From positions 32,008,432 to 32,072,431 of the forward strand of contig NC_090411.1 in the NCBI RefSeq assembly GCF_036365525.1: 64,000 nucleotides of DNA, written 5' to 3'. The notes under the pieces are model-generated. The model saw only the letters and a list, made by a program, of their open reading frames with translations. It was not told the origin of the DNA and did no database searches. Every line of letters begins with the position of its first letter. Within the stretch, counting starts at the first letter, position 1. The position numbers and the translations under genes are program-made. Below, piece by piece: positions 29,966-50,083 of this stretch. This DNA is from Heterodontus francisci. Its lineage: Eukaryota.

Positions 29966-30969
29966 CGTTGTGACGGTGTTGCTATACTTCTCGTTGGTTT
30001 TTGTTGAGGACTCATATTTTACAATTATGGACATTGTTTTATTTTGGGAAAATTGAAAAGGATTGTATGGATTTTTTTTTCACTGGGGTCCTTGAAAGGG
30101 CACTGAGAGGACTTATTGTAAACAACACTCACTGGAAGTTACCTGTCTTCAGATAAATATCAGCAGGGGCTTTTTGACTTGGAGAAGATATTTACAGAGA
30201 AGTGACAGGTCAAAATGTACAGGGGTCAGGAGGCTTGACTCTTGAGATATTGTTTTTGGTTTTGCTTTGAACTGTGTATTGGGGTATAAACTGTTTCAAG
30301 GCAATTGGAGAAAACCAGCCAAGAGAGCAGTCACCATCAGCATCCTCTTCCATCTTTTTGAGAACTTCCTGTGAATTAAGTGTAAGAAATAGAGAAACTG
30401 ATGCTGCATGTCTCCTGAAAAGGCTGCCAGAAACCCCTGATGGTGCATCTCACCTGGAAAACCAGCCAAACTGATCTTCAATGTCGCCTGAAAAGAACTA
30501 TTCTGGAAAGATCCCAGTGGCAGCCGCATAAGGGTATTTGGGACACCAAACAAAAAAAGGGACACCTGACATCTTTCCAAAGCTTCTCTTTTATCTGCAA
30601 GAATTAGCAAGTATCAGGCCAAAGTATTCCTTTTTGTCTTGTTTTTATAACAGAGTTCTAAAAAGAAAATCTTTTTTTTCTGGTTCTCCAGTGTGTGTGT
30701 GTATGTTTGTGTGAGGGGCTAGGGTAAAAGGGAACTTTCATTTTTCAATCGGTGTGTTATTGCTTTGCTTTGTTACTGGTTAATTCTTGTTTTATAATAA
30801 ATTGATAATTTTGTTATTAAATAAACCTGGTTAGTCTATTTATACTGGGGTAAAAATAGAGTATATGATTGACCAAATCAGTAACTGGGTAAACAGTTAA
30901 ATACATGTTGTGACCTGTGGAGAAGCGGGATTAGAAAAAAATTGCACTCCTCCCACCTCGGTCCAAACA
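29966..30969. mobile_element. Solo-LTR-like element, duplicate
   Basis: Near-identical to 1292-2294. Confidence 0.55.
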
Positions 30970-31542
30970 GAAAATACAGAGGAACAATTTTCTCTGGTGA
31001 CATAGTCCAGGACAAGGGGTATAATCTTAAAATTAGAGCTAGACCATTCAGGGGTGATGTCAGGAAGCATTTTTTCACAAAAAGTGAAATGAAAAGCCGG
31101 AACTGTCTCCCCCAAAATGTTGAGATCAATTAAATATTTCAAAAGTGAGATTTTTGTTAGGTTTGGGTATGAAGAAATATGGATCCAATGCAGGCAAAAT
31201 GCATTTAGATACAAACCATGATCTAATTGAATGGTGGAACAGGCTTGAGGGGCTGATTGGCCTCCTCCTGTTCCTATGTTCCAATCACAGTCTAATCATC
31301 CAAACCTGCCTGAATTCCACAGCTCTCATTGTCTCTGGGTCCACCCCCACAACCCGTCTACATTGTTAATTGGTGCCTGGATTCATGAGCGATTCCTGAC
31401 TGGCTACCTGGAATTGTCAATCATCATTAATGATGTCATTCCCTGTTTGAATGCAGGCTGTCCCAGTAGCATAAATACAAGAGCTTGGGTAAGAAGCAGT
31501 TAGATTGTTGTTTGAACTTAGCTTCTGTTAGTAGTAAAGATT

Positions 31543-34169
31543 ATGATGGCCTCTCAAGTGTGTCAGAACTACCACAAGGACTGTGAAGATGCTGTTAACA
31601 AGCAAATCAACCTGGAGCTCTATTCCTCTTATGTTTATCTTTCCATGGTGTGTATTGCTTTCTGGGGGTCCTATTTCAAAGTTATGATTGGAATTTCAAT
31701 GCATTTTGAGTAGCTAGAATTTTTCTGGGCCAATCAGTTGGGTTTATTATCTATCTCTGTAGTTCTCCCTGGTCTTAAATCAGTGAACACCCTTGAAACA
31801 GGGACTCTGTTCCTTTCTCTGTAATCTGTGTCCAATTTTGAAAGTAACTCTCAGGTTCCATGAGGTTTCCAACTGAGGATTCATGTTGAAGATGTATAAA
31901 CCTAGTCACATTTTCCCACTTAAATGATAATTTACATTTAGTGACTAGTTAGTAAACATTGTTTGACTTGTTCTGGACTGTCTTTTTCCCCCTTTGTTAA
32001 TGAATCAATCCTGTGGTGCTGTCCTTTTTATAGGAGGGGTAATTATCTTGCATGAAGCAGTAGTCTACAGGTCTTTCTCTACTGAATGAAGAGAATAAAA
32101 TCTCACTCACTTCAATCTTCATTGGGGGGAGCAAAGGATGTCCTACTGTTTAGTATAATTTGAATGCTGAAATGTAATTCTGATCCAAATAGTATTATTG
32201 CTTTTAGTGATCTTGCAGGGAGGGGTGTTTCAACAATTTTCCATTTTACAGTATAAACTTGAAAAGCTAAGCCCCTTTTAATTGAAAGCAAATTCTTTTG
32301 AGGTGAAGATGATTTATCTACCATGTAATCACTACCATTTTTCATAGTCATAAATGAGACTTGGGTAGTTGAGTAAATCCTGTAGTGTTAAGCTCTTGTC
32401 TGAGGAGTAGTGATATTACATGAAGCAGTAATCTTAAAAATCTCATTCTACTGAATGCAACTTCTCTTCTATCACTTCATTGGGGGACAAAGGATGTCCT
32501 GCTGATAACTATAGTTTGAGTGCCTGAAATGCAACTTTGATCCAAACAGTATTACTGCTTTTCTTTTTGTAATGTTACAGGGAGGGGCATTTCAACATTT
32601 AACATTTTACAGCTGAACTTTGGAAACCCAAGCCCCTTTAATTGAAAGCAAATTCTTTTGATATAAAGAATGGGTGATTTATTTACCATACCATTTTTGA
32701 CATTGCCATAAATGAGATTTGGGTCTGACCTCTCTTCCCTTTCCATTTTGTCTCTACCTGCAGTCCTATTACTTTGACCGGGATGATGTTGCCCTGCGTC
32801 ACTTTGCTGAGTTCTTCAAGGAGCAGTCACATGAGGAACGGGAGCACGCTGAGAAACTGATGAAATTCCAGAATAAACGTGGAGGCCGAATCATCTTGGC
32901 AGACATCAAGGTTGGGATCTTATCTTCACGGAATCCATGATCTAACTTGGATACTTTCAGGCTATGTTCCTTATTCTAATGTCAGTACTCAATCTAGAGT
33001 TTAATGAGTAAAATTTCTAGTGTTGGTGAGTTGGCATGAGCGACCTTTTGTCTCCTATATTTATAAAATCAATAAATGGATTTTCAGAAGGAACAACGTC
33101 TGCTTTGTCAACTATTGGCTGAAACATAGTGCTTAACTAGGTAACAGTCTTTGAGAATGTGGGCCACAGCTGTAGATGTCCCTTAGATGTAGTTGAGGAC
33201 CAAAAAGGAGAAAGAGAAAATTTAGCATATTTGGGGTAATTGGGATTCGAGCTTTGGCCAAAAATTGCAGTGTAGAGGCAATGAACTGATCCAGTGTCCT
33301 GTAATGGTCTGTCAACCCAGTGATTAAACCCCATCCCTCATAGTATTGAGGTGCACAGATTGTCTTTGCTGTTAACATTGTTGACCTTGAGCATAACATC
33401 CCTTGGACTTTGCACTCCCACTAACAGGACCACTATTTTGTTCCAGAAGCCAGAGCAGGATGAGTGGAGCAATGGTCTGGAGGCAATGCAGAGAGCTCTG
33501 CAGATGGAGAAGGATGTGAACCAGAGTCTGCTGGATCTGCACAAACTCTCCACTGGCAACACTGACCCTCATGTAAATTAATATTGGAATGAGTTTTCAG
33601 ATGGATTGAATGTGATAATTGGAATGTGCCTTTAACTCTGGTAGTGTTCCATATGTTTTTGGGCCTTTTATATTTATATATTAAACAGTGTGAATGGCTT
33701 TTTTTTTTTATCTGGATCACCAAACTGTTCACAAGGTACTTGGTTTCTCTGGCATCAATCTTTTGTAATCACTTTGTGTAATGGATTTGACTTGCCATAT
33801 TCTGGGTAAATTTTGGTCTTGTCTGGCTAAACTTATTCACAGAATAGAATGATTTCCTTCTGTGCTGACCACTTTGCCTGTTGCCTGTGCTTGTTCTCTG
33901 GAGCAAGTCTCGCTCCCATCTGCAGTACTTGCACCATTATCCTAGTGCAAATAAAATCTTATCGAATGAAGTTACTTGCATTTTTTAAAGCTAACTATAC
34001 TTGCCTGTTTCTCATGTTCTAGTTGTGTGACTTCCTGGAGACTCACTACTTGGATGAGCAAGTGAAGATGATCAAGAAGCTTGGAGATCACATCACCAAC
34101 CTGAAGAGACTGGGAGCCCCTGACAATGGCATGGGAGAGTACCTGTTTGACAAGCACACGCTGAGTTGA
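31543..34169 (+). CDS. Ferritin heavy/middle-type subunit (fth1-like), copy 6, intact
   Basis: Exons 31543-31647, 32764-32910, 33447-33572 and 34023-34169. Consensus-like protein with no stops. Confidence 0.95.
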
Positions 34170-36334
34170 TTAGCATTCTAGAATCGTTAGTTCTGTAATA
34201 TTGGTTGAAATAAAATGTGATCCATTTCTCATTAGCATGCAATGTTATTTCTTGCTGGATGTGGAAATAAAGGTATTTATGGACTGAATTTGTTTTTCTT
34301 CTCTAAGTAACTCATTTCATTACTCAGATCACCAAGGTACCTTACTGTCCAATATCTAATTCCACTGAAACTTTACCATGCCTTTGAGTTTTGACCTCCT
34401 ACATCCAGCTTCTGCGAAGTGATTCAATGTCTGCTTAGGTTAGTCTGCTCACATCTTCCAATTTTCAGTGAGAAACTTGTAGGGAATGTCTGAAATATGC
34501 AAGTTTCACTGCAAAAGTAGTTTCTTGCATCGACAGCTGATATGTCATGCAGCTGTATGACACAAGGAAGGGATGCTGAATTTGGTTTTGACCCCCTGTT
34601 CTCATTGGAGCAAAGGGCAATGCAGAGAGATTTGATAGAGAAGGGACCATGTTGACCAAGGAAGTTCTATTCCTGTTAGCTGATAACACAAGTACTCACC
34701 AACGCAGCCTTGGGGGCTTTGGGCAAGTGATGTAGGAGTATCTGAGGAGAATTTTTTTTTTAATACAACCAGTGGCAATGCCTTGGAACTTGCTGGTTAT
34801 GTAGATGGTGGCAGTGTAGCCAATAACTGACTACAAAAGGAAATTGGATCAGCATTTGGAGGAAAATACTTGTAGGTGCTAGAGTAGGGGAATGGGGCTG
34901 AATGTACTGTACTGGTCACAAAAGACTCCATGGACTGAATGGCCTCCTGTGTCATAAATGACTCTGACAATTCATTGTAAAACATTCACCATCTTAATCT
35001 ACCTTTGACCAGGTTGTCATTTGGCCAACTATTACTTGGAACCCTATTCACCCAGGAGCTATATTTATGAATGTCTGGGATGAGTGAATGCAGAAATACT
35101 TGGGTCAGGTAGTTATACCCCCTTCTATTTCAGGTTAAAATCATCGCTAGCAAACAAGTCTCAAGTTCAGCTTTGCAGAAGCAACAACACAGGAATTCAC
35201 AACTCTTAAATTCCATGGGGCTAGACCTCCAGGTTGCACTGAGACAGAGCAACAGTGTTCTGTTCGAAGCTCTCCACTTTTCATTTCCCCAACATGTCAG
35301 TTGGTTTGCAAATTCGCTTTGGGCTGGCCAATCTTTTTCAACGTATTGTGGTTAGCACTGTGAGAATACATTCATTCTAGACCCATCAAGCGCAGTGTCA
35401 ATTCTCCAAGAGATGGATCCAATTGTGCTCAACACAAAATGAAGTTCCATTTGCAGACTCCTGCGATTATGTTGACAAACTCTGAATCTGAGAACAGATT
35501 CAATCGGATTCACTTCGAGAAAACTCAAAGTAGCCAACATCAAATACATCATTGACAGGATTCTACTGAAGAGATTAGGAAAAATGGAAGTACATGGAAT
35601 TGCAGGAAACCTTTAGACATGGTCATGGAGTTGGTTGGGAGGTAGGAAACAGAGAATAGAGATAATGGGTATGTACTCCAATTGGCAGGATATGACTAGT
35701 CATCTCTCCCAGGGATCTGTACCAGGGCCTCAGTTTTTCATTATATTTATAAATGACATGAAGGAATCGAGAGCCATATATCCAAGTTTGCTAATGACGC
35801 TAAGTTACTTCGGTGTTACAGTAGGTGGAGTCAATTGGAGCAGAAAATTGAAAAGCAACATTGATAGATTGTGAGTAGCCAAAACTGTGATCGATAAATT
35901 TCAATGTGCGATAGAGCGAGAACAGAGAGAGATAAATCAGAATATTTTCTAAATGGTGAGGAGCTAGGAACTGTGGAGGAGCAGAGAGAGTTAGGGGTCT
36001 GTGTACAGAAATTACTAAAAGCTAGTGGAGTGGTATTTAAATGAATTAAAAAGTTGAATAGACTTCATCTCAAGGGTCTGGAATCCAAAGGGGTGGAGGT
36101 TATGCTTTATTTGTGTAAAGCTCTGGTTAGATCACATCTGGAGTATTGTGTTCAGCTTTGATATATTGACCTTGGTGGGAGTGCAGCACAGATTCACCAG
36201 AATGATACCAGGGATAAAAGGGTTAAATTACGAGGACAGTTTGCATTAACGACTCTTGTATTCTTCAAGTATAGAAGAGTAAAGAATTATTATAATTGAT
36301 GTGTTTAACATGAGTACTAGATTTGATCAGGTGT

Positions 36335-37746
36335 TGTTATAACGGTGCTGCTACATTTCTTGTTTTTTTTTGGTAGACTCATATTTTACAATTATGGACA
36401 TTGTTTTATTTTGGGAAAACTGAAAAGGATTCTATGGATTTTCTTGTCATTGAAAGGGCACTGAGAGGATTTGTGGTGAACAACCCTCACTGGCAGTCTC
36501 CAGTCTTCAGATAAATATCCCAGCAGGGGCTTTTTGACTTGGAGAAGATGTTTACAGAGAAGTGACAGGTCAAGATTTATAGGGGTCAGGAGGCTTGACT
36601 CTTGAGATATTGTTTTTGATTTTGCTTTGAACAGTGTGTTGGAGTGTGAACTGTTTTGAAGACAATTGGAGAAAACCAGCCAAGAGAGCAGTCACCATCA
36701 GCATCCTCTTCTATCTTTTTGAGAACTTCCTGTGAATTAAGTGTAAGAAATAGGGAAACTAATATTGCATGTCTCCTGAAAAGGCTGCCAGAAACCCTGA
36801 TGGCGCATTTCACGTGGAAAACCTACCAAACCGATCTTCAATGTCGCCTGAAAAGAACTGTTCTGGAAAGATCCCAGTGGCAGCAGTCTACATGTATTTG
36901 GGACACCAAACCAAAAAAGGGACAACAGACATTTTCCGTATCTTCTCTTTTTTTCTTCAAGAATTAACAATATTTGGGCAAAGTATTCTTTTTTGCCTTT
37001 TTTGTAACAGAGCTCTAAAAAGAAAATCTATTTTTCTGGTTATCCAGTGTGTGTGTGTATGTGTCTGTGTGAGGTAAAGACCTGCTACCCAACCCTAACA
37101 CGACGGGACCTGACGACATGTGTCGGGTACAGGTCGGGTCGGGTCGCTCATTTGGGTGCGGCTTTCAGGCACTTCAGGTAAGAAGTGTTAAAAGTAAAAA
37201 ACCCAGCTGAGGTGGGAGTCTGGGACGTCAAAGAGGGAAACTCTAAGTCTGCGCAGTGAGCGAGTGAACGTCCCTATGACGTCATCACGCTCATGCTGCA
37301 GCTTCCTGCAGATTGGGAGTCGCAAGGTAGGTAAAAGGAACATTCCGGTAGTTGGGTTGGGCTCAGGTCGGTTTGGGCTGGGTCGGGCTCTGGTCAGGGC
37401 ATGGGAAGAAAATGGAGGGACTCGGGCCGGATGGGGCTCGGGTCAGATGTGGTTCTGTTGGGTGTGCATCGGGTATTTTTTCGTGACCTGAGCAGGCCTT
37501 TAGTGTGAGGGGCTAAGATAAAAGGGAACTTCCATATTTCAATCTGTTACTGGTTAAGTCTTGTTTTATAATTAACTGATAATTTTGTTTATTAAAGAAA
37601 CCTGGTTGTTGTATTTTATTTTGGGGTAAAAATAGAGTCTATGATTGACCGAATCGGTAACTGGGTAAACATTTAAATATATGTTGTGACCTGTGGAGAA
37701 GTGGAACTAGAAAAAACAATGCCCTCCTCCCACCTCAGTCAGAACA
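36335..37746. mobile_element. Solo-LTR-like element with nested MITE, duplicate
   Basis: Homologous to 18845-20281. Confidence 0.55.
37075..37502. mobile_element. hAT-type MITE, duplicate
   Basis: Same TIRs and gtgtgagg TSD as 19597-20030. Confidence 0.85.
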
Positions 37747-38325
37747 GTATATAGAGAGAAACTATCTTCTCTGGTGGAGCAGTCCAGGACAGGGGCTAGA
37801 ATCTGAATATTAGAACTAGACCATTCAGGGGTGATGTTAGGAAACATTTCTTCACAAAAGGGGATATGGAAATCTGGAATTCTCTCCCCCAAAATGTTGA
37901 CATCAATTAAACATTTCAAAACTAAAACTGTTAGATTTTTGTTCGGTACAGGTATGATGCAATATGGATCCAATGCAGGCAAATGTCCTTAAGTGACAAA
38001 CCATGATCTAATTGAATGGTGGAACAGGCTTGAGGGGCTGATTGGCCTCCTCCTGTTCCTATGTTCCAATCACAGTATCATCCAAACCTGCCTGTATTCC
38101 ACAGCTCTCATTGTCTCTGGGTCCAACCCCCATAGCCTGACTCCATTGTTAACTGGTGCCTGGATTCATGAACTATTCCTGACTGGCTACCTGGAATTGT
38201 CAATAATCATTAATGATGTCATTCCCTGTTTGAATGCAGGCTGTCCCAACAGTACAAATACAAGAGCTTGTGCAGGAAGCAGTTATATTGTTGTTTGAAC
38301 TTAGCTTCTGTTGGTAGGAAAGATT

Positions 38326-41112
<2,787 letters not shown>

Positions 41113-42542
41113 TTAGGGTTCTGCAACTATTAGTTCTGTACTTGCTGAATGCTTTTTTGATTGCCAGTTTTCTCATCTCTTGCTGTATATAGAAATAAAA
41201 GTATTTATCATGGATCTGATCTTTGTATAATTCAATAGTTGATTTGATTATTCAGATCATTATGCATAGTTACATACTGATTCCATTTAAACCTTTCCCT
41301 CTCCCTGGCCAGCCTCCCAAATTTGGTTCAATGCCTTCCAAGGATAACTTACTCACATCTCCCAATTTTCATCGAGAAGCTTGTAGAGGATATCTGAAAT
41401 ATGCAGTTTCTGCTACAGAAGTGTTCTTGCTGCTGTAGGTGAAGTAGCATGAACTTGTGAAATACTGGGAAAGGATACCCAATTTCTACCTGCATGTGAC
41501 CTTTATGTCCACTTATTATAGTCCAGAATTAACCACCTTTAATCTGCCATTTGCTTAACTAATATCTGTACCCCTAATTCACCTAAAGGGGATGTTTACC
41601 AATGTCTTGCCTCAGTACAGGGAGATGCTTGGGTGAGGTAATAGGATACCCCTATGAGTTGAGCTCATAAATCTTCCTTCATAATAGTCTTGCACTTTGC
41701 AGAAAGTGCACTGTGACTTTACAGGTCTAAAATTCCATAGGGATTGTGCTTCTATCTCTCCAGCGTTATGTAGATCAACACCGTTCACTTTAAAGCTTCT
41801 CCATTTTCTATTTCCCTAATTTGCTGGTTAGGTTGCAGAGTCAGTGTGGATCACTTTCCATCTATTGTGGGCAAGATTGGTATCCCTGACTTGGTCTGGA
41901 CCCACCTGGGCGTACATCAATTTTCCAAGCCATCTTAATTTGGATCTAACTGTGCAAAATGGAATTTCCATTAACAAACTCATACAATTACATTATGAAT
42001 TGCTGACTCTGAACAGATTCAGTTTGAGGAAAGCCAATATCAAATACATCACGGACATGGTTCAACACAAGAGGTAAGGAAAAATGGAAGCCTGTGCAAT
42101 TGGAGGAAATCTTTATTTATGGGTGGAGATTTGGTTTTGAGGTGGGAGACAGAGTAGGGATAATGGGTATGTACTCCAAACTATGGCTCGTCATCCTTTC
42201 CTGGGATCTATACTGTGGCTTCAGCTTTTCATTATATTTATAAATGATATCGATGAAGGAATAGAGTGCAGGATATGCAGGTTTTCTGATGCCACTATGT
42301 TGGGTGGCACAGTTAGTGTAAATTGGAGCAGGAATTTGCAAAGGGACATTGATAGAGTAAGTGAGTGTGAAAAATTATGAATGATGGAGTTTAATTTGAA
42401 GTCAAGGTTCCATGTACAGAAATTAATAAAAACATTGAAAAAACAAAATCAATGTTCATCTCACGAGGGCTGAAAATCAAAGTGGAGGAGGTTATGTTAC
42501 AGTTGTATAAAGCTCGGGGTTAACCACATTTGAAGTACTGTG

Positions 42543-42872
42543 TTTCTTTTTACGAGATACAGCACTGAAACAGGCCCTTCAGCCCACCGAGTCTGTGCTG
42601 ACCATCAACCACCCATTTATACTAATCCTACACTAATCCCATATTCCTACCCCATCCCCACCTGTCCATACATTTCCCTACCACCTACCTACACTAGGGG
42701 CAATTTACAATGGCCAATTTACCTACCAACCTGCAAGTCTTTTGGCTGTGGGAGGAAACCCACGCAGACACAGGGAGAACTTGCAAACTCCACACAGGCA
42801 GTACCCAGAATTGAACCCGGGTCGCTGGAGCTGTGAGGCTGCAGTGCTAACCACTGCGCCACTGTGCCGCCC
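42543..42872 (-). mobile_element. HE1-like SINE, duplicate of 6910-7239
   Basis: Same site, orientation and internal deletion. Confidence 0.85.
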
Positions 42873-43603
42873 TAATAGTTCATTTCGATCTATTGGCCTT
42901 GGTGGGGGCACAGCACAGATTCACCAGAACGATACCAGGGCTAAATGATAAGGTCACTTTGCACTGACTGGTATGTATTCCTTCGTGTATTGAAGATTAA
43001 GTGATGATTATAATTGAGCTGTTGAAGATAATTAATGGGTTTAATAACGTAGATAGAGAGAAACTATTTTCTCTGGGACAGGGCTTCATCTTCAGATTAG
43101 GCAATTCAGGGATGATATTGGAAAGCATTTCTTCACAACACGGGAAAATAGAAATCTGGAACTCTCTTCCCCAAAATGGATCAAGTCAACATTCAAAATT
43201 GATGTTAGGTTTTTGTGAGTTAAGGTCATGAAATCATGAACCAAGGCAGGGAAATGGCATTAAGACACAGAGCAGCCATGATCTAATTGAATGGTGGAAC
43301 AGACTTGAATTGGCCTCCTCCTGTTCCTTTGTTCCAATCACAGAATAATCTTGTAAATCAACCTGCACTCCACATCCCTGATTGGCTCTGGGTATCTCAC
43401 CTCACCCACTGCTCCTTAATTGGTGCCTCGAGGCATGGAGGATTCCTGACTGGCTATCGGGGATTGTCAATCATCATTGGTGATGTCATTCCCTGTTTGA
43501 ATACAGGCTGATCCAGTTGCATAAATACAAGAGCTTGTGAGGGAAGTGGTTAGATTGCTGTTGTTGTGTTTGAATTTATTTTCTGCCAATATTAGAAGTG
43601 AAA

Positions 43604-45567
<1,964 letters not shown>

Positions 45568-47144
45568 TTAGCATTATAGAACCATAGTTCTGTACTATTG
45601 GTAGAAATAAAATGTGATCCATTTCTGGTTATTATGTAGATTTCTCATTTCTTGCTGTCTGTGGAAATAAAAGTATTTATCATGGAGTGATCTTTGTTTT
45701 TCTTTGTATAGATAAGTAACTCATTTCATTATTCAGATCCCCAAGATACCTAGCTGTTTAATATCTGGTTCCACTGCAACTTTACCATGCCTTTTGAGTT
45801 TTGCCCTCCTTCGTCCAGCTTCTGAGAACTGATTGAATGTCTGCTTTGGCCAGTTTGTTCACATCTTCCAATTTCAGTGAGAAACTTGTAGGGAATATCT
45901 GAAATATGCAGTTTTTATCACAAAGTTAGTTTCTTACAGCTGCAGATGCAATGGTGTGCAACATGAGGAAGCGATGCTGAATTTGGTTTTGATCCCTGTT
46001 CTCATTGGACCACAAGGCAATGCAGAGAGTTTTGGTAGAGATGTGAAGATGCTGCCAGGTGGACAAAGGAAGATCTATTCCGGTTAACTGATAGTACAAG
46101 TACTTGGGACATACACTTAGGGGGTTTGGGCAAGAGATGAAGGAGTAGCTGAGGCGAACATTTTTTATATATACAGCCAGTGTTAATAACCTGGACCTTC
46201 CATAAGTGAAGCCAAAAAATGACAACAAAAGGAAATTGGATGAGCATATGGAGGCAAAAAAATGTGTAGGTGTAAGAGTAGGGGAATGGGACTGAATGCA
46301 TTGTACTGGTCACCAGAGCCTCCGTTGACCGAATGGCCTCCTGTGTCATAAATGACTGACATTATTCATTATAAAATATTCACCATCCTAATCTGCCTCG
46401 GGGCCAGGTTGTCATTTGTTCGACCATTACTTGCACCCCTATTCACCAGGAGCCATACTTACGAATGTCTGGGATGAGTGAGTGTAGAAATACTTGGGTC
46501 AGGTAGTTATAACACTCTAGGTCAGGTTATAATTTTCCCTCGCAATCAAGTCTCAATAGACTTCAGTTTTGCAGAAGCAGCAACACAGGACTTTACAACT
46601 CCTAAATTCCCTGGGGCTTGACCTCCATGTTGCACTTAGACGGAGCAACAGAGTTCTGTTCGAAGCTCTCCACTTTTCATTTCCCCAACATGTCAGTTGG
46701 TTTGCAGATGTGCTGTGGAATGTTTCGGGTTGGACAATCTCTTTCAATATATTGTGGTTAGCATTGTTAGAATAGATTCATTCTACACCCATCAAGCGCA
46801 GTGTCAATTCTCCAAGAGATGGATCTGATTGTGCTCAACACAAAATGAAGTTCCATTTGCAGACTGCTGCAATTATGTTGACAAACTCTGAATCTGAGAA
46901 CAGATTCGATCAGGTTCACTTTGAGAAAACTTAAAGAAGCCAACATCAAATACATCATTGACAAGGTTCAACAGGGGCTGAAAAATGGAAGCCTGTGAAA
47001 TTGGAGGAAACCCTTAACATATTTGGAGATTTGGTTTTGAGGTAGGAGACAGAGAGTAGGGATAATGGCTATGTACTCCAAGCTATGGCTCATCATCCCT
47101 TCCAGGGATCTATACTGGGGCCTCAGCTTTTTGTTATATTTATA

Positions 47145-49188
47145 TAAGGGAAAGAGTAGAGACCAAAGCGGAAATCTGTGTGTGGTGCCAGAGGACGTCA
47201 GTGAGGTTTTAAATGATTACTTTTCATCTGTGTTCACTATGGAGAAGGACGATGTAGGTGCAGGGAGGGGGATTGTGATATACTTGAACAAATTAGCATT
47301 GAAAGGGACGAAGTATTAACTGTTTAAGCAGGCTTCAAAGTGGTTAAATCCCCAGGCCCCGATGAAATGTATCCCAGGCTGTTATGTGAGGCAAGAGAGG
47401 TGATAGCAAGAGCTCTGACACAAATTTCCAAATACTCTCTGGCCACAGGAGAGCTGCCAATGGACTGGAGGACAGCGAATGTGGTACGATTATTCAAGAA
47501 GGGTAGCAGGGATAAACCAGGTGAGTCTAACATCAGTGGTAGGGAAAAAGTTCTGAGGGACAGGATTAATCAAGAATAGTCAGCACAGCTTTGTCAGGAG
47601 GAGATCATGGCTAACTAACTTGATTGAATTTTTCGAGGAGGTGACTAGATGTGTAGATGAGGGTAAAGCAGTTGATGTAGTCTACATGGACTTCAGTAAG
47701 GCTTTTGATAAGGTCCCGAATGGGAGATTGGTTAAGAAGGTAAGAGCCCATGGGATCCAGGGCAATTTGGGAAATTGGATCCAAAATTGGCTTAGTAGCA
47801 GGAGGTAGAGGGTGATGGTCAAGGGTTGTTTTTGCAATTGGAAGCCTGTGACCAGTGGTGTACCGCAGGGATTGGTGCTGGGACCCTTACTGTTTGTAGT
47901 GTACATTAATGATTTAGATGTGAATACAGGAGGTATGATCAGTAAGTTCACAGATGACACGAATATTGGTGGTGTCATAAAGAGTGAGAAGAAAAGCCTT
48001 AGATTACAGGATGGGCTGGTAAGATGGGCAGAGCAGTGGCAAATGGAGATTAATCCTGAGAAGTGTAAGGTGATGCATTTTGGGAGGACTAACAAGGCAA
48101 GGGAATATACAATAGATGGTCGGACCCAAGGAAGTACAGAGGGTCAGAGGGACCTTGGTGGACTTGTCCATAGATCACTAAAGGCAGCAGCACAGTTAGA
48201 TAAGGTGGTTAGGAAGGCATATGGGATTCTTGCCTTAATTAGCCAAGGCATAGAGTATAAGAACAGTGATGGAGCTTCATAAAACACTATTTAGGCCAGA
48301 GCTGGAGTACTGTGTACAGTTCGAGTTGCCACACTAAAGGAAGGACTTGGTTGCACTGGAGAGGATGCAGAGCGTGTTGCCTGGGCAGGAACATTTCAGC
48401 TATGAAGAGAGACTGGATAGGCTAGTGTTGTTTTCCTTAGAGCAGAGAAGACTGAAGGGGGACCTGATAGAGGTATACAAAATTATGAGGGGCATAGATA
48501 GATAGGAAAAAACTTTTTTCCCATAGCAGAACAGCAGAAGGGCGGCACAGTGGCGCAGTGGTTAGCACTGCAGCCTCACAGCTGCAGGGACCCGGGTTCG
48601 ATTCTGGGTACTGCCTGTGTGGAGTTTGCAAGTTCTCCCTGTGTCTGCGTGGGTTTTCTCTGGGTGCTCCGGTTTCCTCCCACAAGCCAAAAGACTTGCA
48701 GGTTGGTAGGTAAATTGGCCATTATAAATTGTCACTAGTATAGGTAGGTGGTAGGGAAATATAGGGACAGGTGGGGATGTTTGGTAGGAATATGGGATTA
48801 GTGTAGGATTAGTATAAATGGGTGGTTGATGGTCGGCACAGACTCGGTGGGCCGAAGGGCCTGTTTCAGTGCTGTATCTCTAATCTAATCTAAGAGGTGT
48901 CAATAACCAGGGGGCATAAATTTAAGGTAAGGGTAGGAGGTTTCGAGAGGATTTTAGGAAATATTTTTTCACCCAGAGGGTGGTTGGAATCTGGAACACA
49001 TTGCCTGAAGGGGTGGTAGAGGCAGGAACCCTCACAACATTTAAGAAGTATTTAGATGAGCACTTGAAACGCCATAGCATACAGGGCTATGGGCCAAGTG
49101 CCAGAAAATGGGATTAGAATAGATAGGTGTTTGACGGCCGGCACAGACACAATGGGTTGAAGGGCCTGTTTCTGTGCTGTATAACTAT
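47145..49188 (+). mobile_element. CR1-clade LINE fragment, duplicate of 11511-13554
   Basis: Same truncation point, stop codon and nested SINE. ORF translations are almost identical. Confidence 0.92.
48540..48893 (+). mobile_element. Full-length HE1-like SINE nested in the LINE, duplicate
   Basis: Near-identical to 12906-13258. Confidence 0.88.
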
Positions 49189-49971
49189 AAATGATTAGAT
49201 TAGATTAGATTAGAGATACAGCACTGAAACAGATGATATAGATATAGATGAAAGGATAGAGTGCTGTATATCCAAGTTTGCTGCTGACACTAAGTTAGGT
49301 AGCACAGTAAGCAGTGTAAATTGGATCAGGAATTTGCAAAGGGACATTGATAGATTAAGTGAGTGAGCAAAACTGTGATTGATGGAGTTCAATGTGAAAT
49401 TACTAAATTACTAACAACTAATGGACACTTACATAAATGTATTAATAAGTCTACTAGAAATTTAGTCTTCATTTCAAGGGGGCTGGAATACAAAGGGGTG
49501 GAGGTTAAGCTATATTTGTATAAAGTTCTGGTTAGACTACATCTGGAGTACTGTGTTCAGCTCTGATATATTGGCCTTGGAGGGAGTGCAGCACAGATTC
49601 ACCAGAATGATACCAGGGATTACAGGGTTAAATTACTTGTACAGTTTGCATAGAAGAGTCTTGTATCCCCTCGAGTATAGATGATTAAAGAATGATTATG
49701 AAGCAATATGGATCCAATGCAGTCAAATGGCCTTAAGAGACAAACCATGATCTAATTGAATGGTAGAACAGGCTTGAGGGGCTGATTGGCCTCCTCCTGT
49801 TCCTATGTTCCAATCACAGTATCATCATCCAAACCTGCCTGTATTCCACAGCTCTCATTGTCCCTGGGTCCAACCCCCACAGCCCATTCGACACTGTCAA
49901 TTGGTGCCTGATTCCTGAATGATTCATGAACTATTCCTGAATGGCTACCTGGAATTGTCAATCATCAATAA

Positions 49972-50019
49972 TGACGTCATTCCCCTGCTTGAATGCAGGG
50001 TGGCCCACTAGTATAAATA
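49972..50019 (+). promoter_or_regulatory. Perfect CRE and canonical TATA box of copy 9
   Basis: TGACGTCA at 49972-49979 and TATAAATA at 50012-50019. Confidence 0.62.
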
Positions 50020-50083
50020 CAAGAGATTGTGTAGGAAGTAGTTAGATTGCTGTTGTTTAATTTTTTAGCTATTGTTAAAGATT